Of a stretch of DNA of 32,000 nucleotides, positions 27,588 through 32,000 are shown piece after piece. A program made the translations under genes and the position numbers. The stretch comes from Coprobacillaceae bacterium (GTDB lineage Bacteria; Bacillota_I; Bacilli_A; Erysipelotrichales; Coprobacillaceae): NCBI GenBank assembly GCA_963675915.1, contig OY780959.1, positions 1,530,001-1,562,000 of the forward strand, read 5' to 3'. The notes below the pieces were generated by a model. It made no database searches, had not been told where the DNA came from, and saw only the letters and a program-made list of their open reading frames with translations. Within the stretch, counting starts at the first letter, position 1. Each line of letters opens with the position of its first letter.

Positions 27588-27590
27588 TGC

Positions 27591-29738
27591 TTATATTTCC
27601 CGCATCGTCAATGAGACACGATGTTTGTTTTTGTCAACTTCCAAGACTTTGACTTTGACAATATCGCCAATGTTGATGATGTCCAGGGGGTGTTTGACCC
27701 TCTTGGCCAGTTTTGATTTATGGACCAAACCATCGTTTTTAAGACCGATATCGACAAAGGCTCCAAAGTCCACGACATTGCGGACCGTACCTTCCAATAC
27801 CATTCCCGGTCTTAAATCCTCAAGAGTCAGGATATCCTTTTTCAAGAGTGGGGTTTGATATTCGTCACGGATTGAACGATTCGGTTTCTTGAATGATTCC
27901 ATGATTTCTTCAAGAGTGTACTTGTCGATTCCCATTTCCTCAATCAACTTGGCTGGATCGAGTTTTTCCACTTTGTCGATCATTTCCTCGGTTCCAATCG
28001 CATCCACACTCATTCCCATTTTATCAAGCAGCAATTTTGCCTGTTTATAGTTTTCAGGATGGATTCCCGAACTGTCAAGCGGATTGTCACCATCGTTGAT
28101 CCGTAAAAATCCGACTGCCTGTTCAAATGTCTTCGGTCCCAGTTTGGGAACTTTTTTGATTTGGCTGCGGTTGGAGTATTTCCCATTTTCATCACGGTAT
28201 TTGACTATGTTTTTAGCGACCGTCTTGGATACTCCCGATACATACGAAAGCAGGGAATATGAGGCCGTATTGAGATCGACTCCGACATTGTTCACCGCTT
28301 TGGATACCACGAATTCCAACTGTTCATCAAGCGATTTTGGTGCGATATCATGCTGATACTGCCCTACCGAAATTGCCCGTGGTTCAATCTTGACCAACTC
28401 ACCCAACGGATCCTGCAATCTTCTGGCAATGGATACCGCCGATCTTTCCTCGACTTGATAATCGGGGAACTCCTCTTTGGCCAGCGGGCTGGCCGAATAT
28501 ACCGACGCCCCGGCTTCCGAAATGATTGCATAATCAATGTCCAATTTGTTGTCCTTGATCAGTTTGGCAATGAAGCTTTCCGATTCCCGGGATGCTGTCC
28601 CGTTTCCAATCGCAATTATATCGACCTGGTACTTTTTAATCAGTCCCAGCAAAGTTTTGATGTCTTTGCCGTAATTGTCCTTTGGCAGGGTGAAGTACGC
28701 TTTGTCGATTGCTAGAACTTTTCCAGTCGGATCGACAACCGCAAGTTTGCATCCAGTTCTAAGGCCCGGGTCCACGCCCAACACCACTTTTCCTTGCAAT
28801 GGCGCTTGCAGCAGCAAGCTCTCAAGATTGACCGAGAAAACTTTCAACGCCTGTTCGTGAGCCTTGGCAGTCAGTTCCCCGCGGACTTCACGGTAAATTG
28901 ACGGGAACAGCAAGCGAGTGTAAGCTTCCTGGGCGCTTTGACGCAGATATTCAAGGGCGATTGTGTTCCTTCTTCTAGTCAAGCCATTTAAAATATATTC
29001 GACACTTCGTTTTTCATCGATTTCAATGTTAACCGTGAGGACCTTCTCTTTTTCCGCCCGGTTGATTGCCAGAATCCGATGGGAAACTATCTGATTGACC
29101 TTTTCATGATAATCGTAGTACATTTCATAGGTCTTCTTCTGTTCATCAGGATTCTTAGATTTGACTTTAGTTGCGATGATTCCATATTTGTACATGATAT
29201 CTTTGATATACTTGCGGTATCTGATATCATCGCTGACTGTCTCACTGACAATGTCCATCGCCCCGCTGAGGGCATCTTCAACGCTTTCAACTTCAGCGGT
29301 GATGTACTCGGCCGCTTTTTTCTTGATATCTCCCCGTTGAGGCAAAGATAATAGATATTTGGCCAAAGGTTCCAAACCTTTGCGTTTGGCTTCAGTTGCC
29401 CGGGTTTTCCGTTTTTCCTTGTATGGTCGGTAGTAATCCTCAACCTCGGAAAGTTTGACCGCGTTCATGATGTCATGTTTGAGTTTGTCGTTTAGCATCC
29501 CTTTCTCATCGATGAGACGGATGACATCTTCCTTACGGGCCAGCAAACTTACCTGATATTGATAATATTTTTCGATTTCCCGGATCTGATCTTCATCAAG
29601 AGCTCCGGTCATCTCCTTACGGTAGCGGGCAATAAAGGGAACCGTATTCCCTTCTTCTAGCAATTTGAGGACGGTTTCCACCTGTCCTTTCGATATATTC
29701 AATTCTTTGGTGACTTGTAAAATTATTTCTTTATTCAT
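27591..29738 (-). CDS. tex: Tex-family transcription accessory protein (YqgF-like, HhH and C-terminal S1 RNA-binding domains)
   Basis: 715 aa with the N-terminal VPFIARYRKEMTG motif and the C-terminal S1 domain GMVLEGTVRNVVDFGAFVDIG...HKS. Confidence 0.95.
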   Translation of the reverse strand: MNKEIILQVTKELNISKGQVETVLKLLEEGNTVPFIARYRKEMTGALDEDQIREIEKYYQYQVSLLARKEDVIRLIDEKGMLNDKLKHDIMNAVKLSEVEDYYRPYKEKRKTRATEAKRKGLEPLAKYLLSLPQRGDIKKKAAEYITAEVESVEDALSGAMDIVSETVSDDIRYRKYIKDIMYKYGIIATKVKSKNPDEQKKTYEMYYDYHEKVNQIVSHRILAINRAEKEKVLTVNIEIDEKRSVEYILNGLTRRRNTIALEYLRQSAQEAYTRLLFPSIYREVRGELTAKAHEQALKVFSVNLESLLLQAPLQGKVVLGVDPGLRTGCKLAVVDPTGKVLAIDKAYFTLPKDNYGKDIKTLLGLIKKYQVDIIAIGNGTASRESESFIAKLIKDNKLDIDYAIISEAGASVYSASPLAKEEFPDYQVEERSAVSIARRLQDPLGELVKIEPRAISVGQYQHDIAPKSLDEQLEFVVSKAVNNVGVDLNTASYSLLSYVSGVSKTVAKNIVKYRDENGKYSNRSQIKKVPKLGPKTFEQAVGFLRINDGDNPLDSSGIHPENYKQAKLLLDKMGMSVDAIGTEEMIDKVEKLDPAKLIEEMGIDKYTLEEIMESFKKPNRSIRDEYQTPLLKKDILTLEDLRPGMVLEGTVRNVVDFGAFVDIGLKNDGLVHKSKLAKRVKHPLDIINIGDIVKVKVLEVDKNKHRVSLTMREI

Positions 29739-30141
29739 AATGTTTAATATATTTTTCGTAGGCGTATTTGACGTCCAAATAAATCTCCTCTTTCAATAAT
29801 TGTTTGGCCTTGGCCAGCGTGACGAATTCATATCCGACATGTTCATCGGAAATAGTGACCTGATTGTCACTGGCTTTACACAAAAAGGCAAGCCCCAGCC
29901 CATAGTATCCTTTGCGATTGTGGGCAAACGTGTATGCCGGTTCCAAGACATCGATTGTCAGTCCGGTTTCCTCAAATATTTCGCGATTCAGCGCGACTTT
30001 AAAACTCTCCCCTTCAACCAAACCGCCTCCGGGAAGTTCGTAAACACCAAGACCATCCGTTGAAGGACGAATCCTTTTAAGCAATAATATCTCGCCATTG
30101 TAAACAATGACGGCCTTTACAGTGATATGAAAATAGCCCAT
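29731..30141 (-). CDS. NUDIX hydrolase
   Basis: 136 aa with Nudix box GGGLVEGESFKVALNREIFEETGL. An 8-nt ATGAATAA overlap links it to the tex start. Confidence 0.9.
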   Translation of the reverse strand: MGYFHITVKAVIVYNGEILLLKRIRPSTDGLGVYELPGGGLVEGESFKVALNREIFEETGLTIDVLEPAYTFAHNRKGYYGLGLAFLCKASDNQVTISDEHVGYEFVTLAKAKQLLKEEIYLDVKYAYEKYIKHYE

Positions 30142-30253
30142 TGCTTAATCCTCCTTGATTAATTTTACCAAAAAAAAACGGCCAGTAGGAAGAAAATTAA
30201 GAAATTTATAAGATTTTTTAATATTTTTTACCATATACAAGCAAAACTTGAAT

Positions 30254-30262
30254 GTGATATAA
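30254..30262 (+). promoter_or_regulatory. extended -10 promoter (TGATATAAT) for pepV
   Basis: TGATATAAT lies 28 nt upstream of the ATG. The RBS is AAGAGGTGA. Confidence 0.5.
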
Positions 30263-30290
30263 TGTCCTTATATCTTAAAGAGGTGATATA

Positions 30291-31652
30291 ATGATAGATT
30301 TTAAAACTGAAATCTTAAAAGAGAAAGAGAATTTAATCAATGATTTAGCTATATTGGTTTCTTACCCTTCCATCCAAGATGACAGCACGGTCAAAGAGAA
30401 CCAGCCATTTGGCAAAGCCAATCGCGACGTGCTTGATGCCATGTTGGAAATCGGAAAACGTGATGGTTATGAAACTGTCGATGTCGAAGGTTACGCCGGA
30501 CACATCGATATCGGGACTGGGGAAGAAGTATTCGGCGTGCTTGGGCACCTGGACGTTGTTCCAGTCAACGAAGTGGGATGGGACAGCGATCCATTCGTGA
30601 TGAAACGGGAAAATGAAATCCTGTACGGCCGCGGGGTCGTTGATGACAAAGGGGCCTTGTTGGCTGGCTATTATGCCTGCAAAATTATCGACAAGATGAA
30701 CCTAGACACCAAACTGAAAACCCGGGTTATCTTCGGATGCAATGAGGAAATGGGATCAAAATGTGTGAAATATTACTTCACCAAAATGCCATACCCTAAA
30801 ATGGGATTCACACCCGATGCCTCGTTCCCGGTAGTCTATGGTGAAAAAGCCATGGCTTCAATCAACATTAGCGGAACAGTTGAAAACAAGGGTCTGATTT
30901 CGATGTTTGCCGGAAAAAGAGCCAATATCGTTCCTGAAGAAGTTATTGCGATTGTCGAAGGCAATTACAAGAATTATCTCGAATCATTCACCAATTTCCT
31001 CGAAGAATACAAACTGAGTGGAAGCTGCGAAGAAGAAGGTAACCATACCCGCTTGATTCTCAAAGGGAAATCAGCTCACGCTTCGATGCCTGAAGAAGGT
31101 GTCAATGCCGTTGTTTACCTGGCCAAATATCTAGACAGTCAAATCGAAAACGACCTTGTCAAACTGATTGTCTCGAACCTGAGCGATTATAACGGGAAAG
31201 ATCTGAATATCGATTTGGTCGGGCAAATGGGTCCTTTGACGATGAACCTGGGCGTAATCGGGTATAAAGACCAGGAAGCAACAATTACCCTGGATATCCG
31301 GGCACCTCATGAAGTCGACTTCGATGAAATGCTGGGAAAAGTTGAAACCACACTTAAGCCCTACGGCCTGGCAATGGAAGCAAGCACCACACCACCTTTA
31401 TATGTCGATCCCAACAGCGAACTGATCACCAAGTTGCATCAGGCCTACCAAGCTGTTACCGGCAATGATGACGAACCTCAAGCCATGGGGGGCGGAACTT
31501 ATGCCAAAAGCATGCCAAACTGTGTCGCTTACGGAGTCGAACAGCAAGGATACGATTATAAAATTCATGGCAACAATGAGAATGTTCCAATCGATCATCT
31601 GATGTTGGCGACTGAAATTTTCTGCAAGGCCATTTACAGTCTGATCAAATAA
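30291..31652 (+). CDS. pepV: M20-family dipeptidase PepV (Sapep-type)
   Basis: 453 aa with GHLDVVP, RGVVDDKG, NEEMGS and GGGTYA motifs. Confidence 0.9.
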   Translation: MIDFKTEILKEKENLINDLAILVSYPSIQDDSTVKENQPFGKANRDVLDAMLEIGKRDGYETVDVEGYAGHIDIGTGEEVFGVLGHLDVVPVNEVGWDSDPFVMKRENEILYGRGVVDDKGALLAGYYACKIIDKMNLDTKLKTRVIFGCNEEMGSKCVKYYFTKMPYPKMGFTPDASFPVVYGEKAMASINISGTVENKGLISMFAGKRANIVPEEVIAIVEGNYKNYLESFTNFLEEYKLSGSCEEEGNHTRLILKGKSAHASMPEEGVNAVVYLAKYLDSQIENDLVKLIVSNLSDYNGKDLNIDLVGQMGPLTMNLGVIGYKDQEATITLDIRAPHEVDFDEMLGKVETTLKPYGLAMEASTTPPLYVDPNSELITKLHQAYQAVTGNDDEPQAMGGGTYAKSMPNCVAYGVEQQGYDYKIHGNNENVPIDHLMLATEIFCKAIYSLIK

Positions 31653-31657
31653 TAACT

Positions 31658-31707
31658 AAAAAACACTTTTGACCGGGAAATCCATTTTCCAATTCAAAAG
31701 TGTTTTT
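31658..31707. terminator. bidirectional terminator between pepV and the HAD gene
   Basis: AAAAACACTTTTGA (31658-31671) pairs with TCAAAAGTGTTTTT (31694-31707). The loop is 22 nt, and the element is flanked by A and T runs. Confidence 0.6.
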
Positions 31708-31730
31708 TTATTATCTAAAATTAATGTCCA

Positions 31731-32000
31731 TCAACCTTCGATCAGTCCCAATTTGACAAAGGCATTGTAAAGACCATCCTGATCAACCGGATCAGTGACC
31801 AGATCGGCTATCTCCTTGATTTCATCACTACCGTTACCCATTGCCACCTTGATGGCACAATGTTCAAGTAATGGAATATCGACGTTGGCATCACCGATGG
31901 CAATAGTATCTTCGATCTTGGCTCCAAGATGTTCCAGCAATTTGTCAACCGCTTTACCCTTGGTGATTCCCGGAAGCGCCAGTTCGCCCGCAATCGGTTC
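31731..32000 (-). CDS. Cof-type HAD-IIB phosphatase, C-terminal 89 codons (the gene starts beyond the right edge)
   Basis: The frame is open to the window edge. ITKGKAVDKLLEHLGAKIEDTIAIGDANVDIPLLEHCAIKVAMGNG carries HAD motifs III/IV (K...GDxxND). Confidence 0.8.
   Translation of the reverse strand, partial: EPIAGELALPGITKGKAVDKLLEHLGAKIEDTIAIGDANVDIPLLEHCAIKVAMGNGSDEIKEIADLVTDPVDQDGLYNAFVKLGLIEG

Noticed and set aside
30253-30293. 11-nt direct repeat GTGATATAATG occurring twice upstream of and at the pepV start
   Set aside because: One copy is the extended -10 and the other spans the RBS and ATG. A short AT-rich coincidence is the simplest explanation.

Overview
This window looks like a chromosomal segment from a low-GC Gram-positive bacterium (Bacillota-like). 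The signs are a T-box leader, a lipobox lipoprotein, an ECF-type S component, AGGAGG-type RBSs and many 1-8 nt start/stop overlaps. Most genes lie on the minus strand.

Contents from left to right:
- A sugar ABC uptake operon: lipoprotein SBP, two permeases, and the 5' end of a MsmK-like ATPase.
- A two-gene operon (ECF-S-like membrane protein plus a TIGR01440/UPF0340 protein) transcribed divergently from a MocR/PdxR-type regulator.
- An intact three-ORF IS66-family element (6200-8955). It has 23-bp terminal inverted repeats and a perfect 8-bp target duplication, and it sits in the 3' end of a ChbG/YdjC deacetylase gene.
- punA.
- A six-gene aromatic amino acid operon (aroF-aroB-aroA-aroC-pheA-aroK) behind a T-box leader whose specifier reads UUC (Phe).
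- An AI-2E transporter and a UMF1-type MFS transporter.
- A translationally coupled P-loop kinase-like gene and ROK kinase gene.
- Two RpiR/MurR regulators flanking a PTS-IIC / GH1 6-phospho-beta-glucosidase / RDD-protein operon.
- tRNA-Leu(CAA).
- An orphan 154-aa hypothetical gene.
- nudix-tex, pepV, and the 3' part of a Cof-type HAD hydrolase.

I found no CRISPR array, rRNA, prophage or recognisable defence or toxin system. The window is largely housekeeping and sugar-utilisation genes.

The best-supported unusual observations are:
1. The recent IS66 insertion, which rewrote the chbG C-terminus. The ancestral ORF can be reconstructed exactly.
2. A MocR regulator in which the PLP Schiff-base lysine appears to be replaced by serine. 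It is paired with an uncharacterised S-component/UPF0340 operon, which is the most plausible undescribed functional module here.
3. A Phe-specific T-box gating the whole common shikimate pathway.
4. A kinase-like protein with an unassigned N-terminal domain, coupled to a ROK protein that lacks the zinc motif.

All family assignments come from reading motifs in the translations. No database search was possible.
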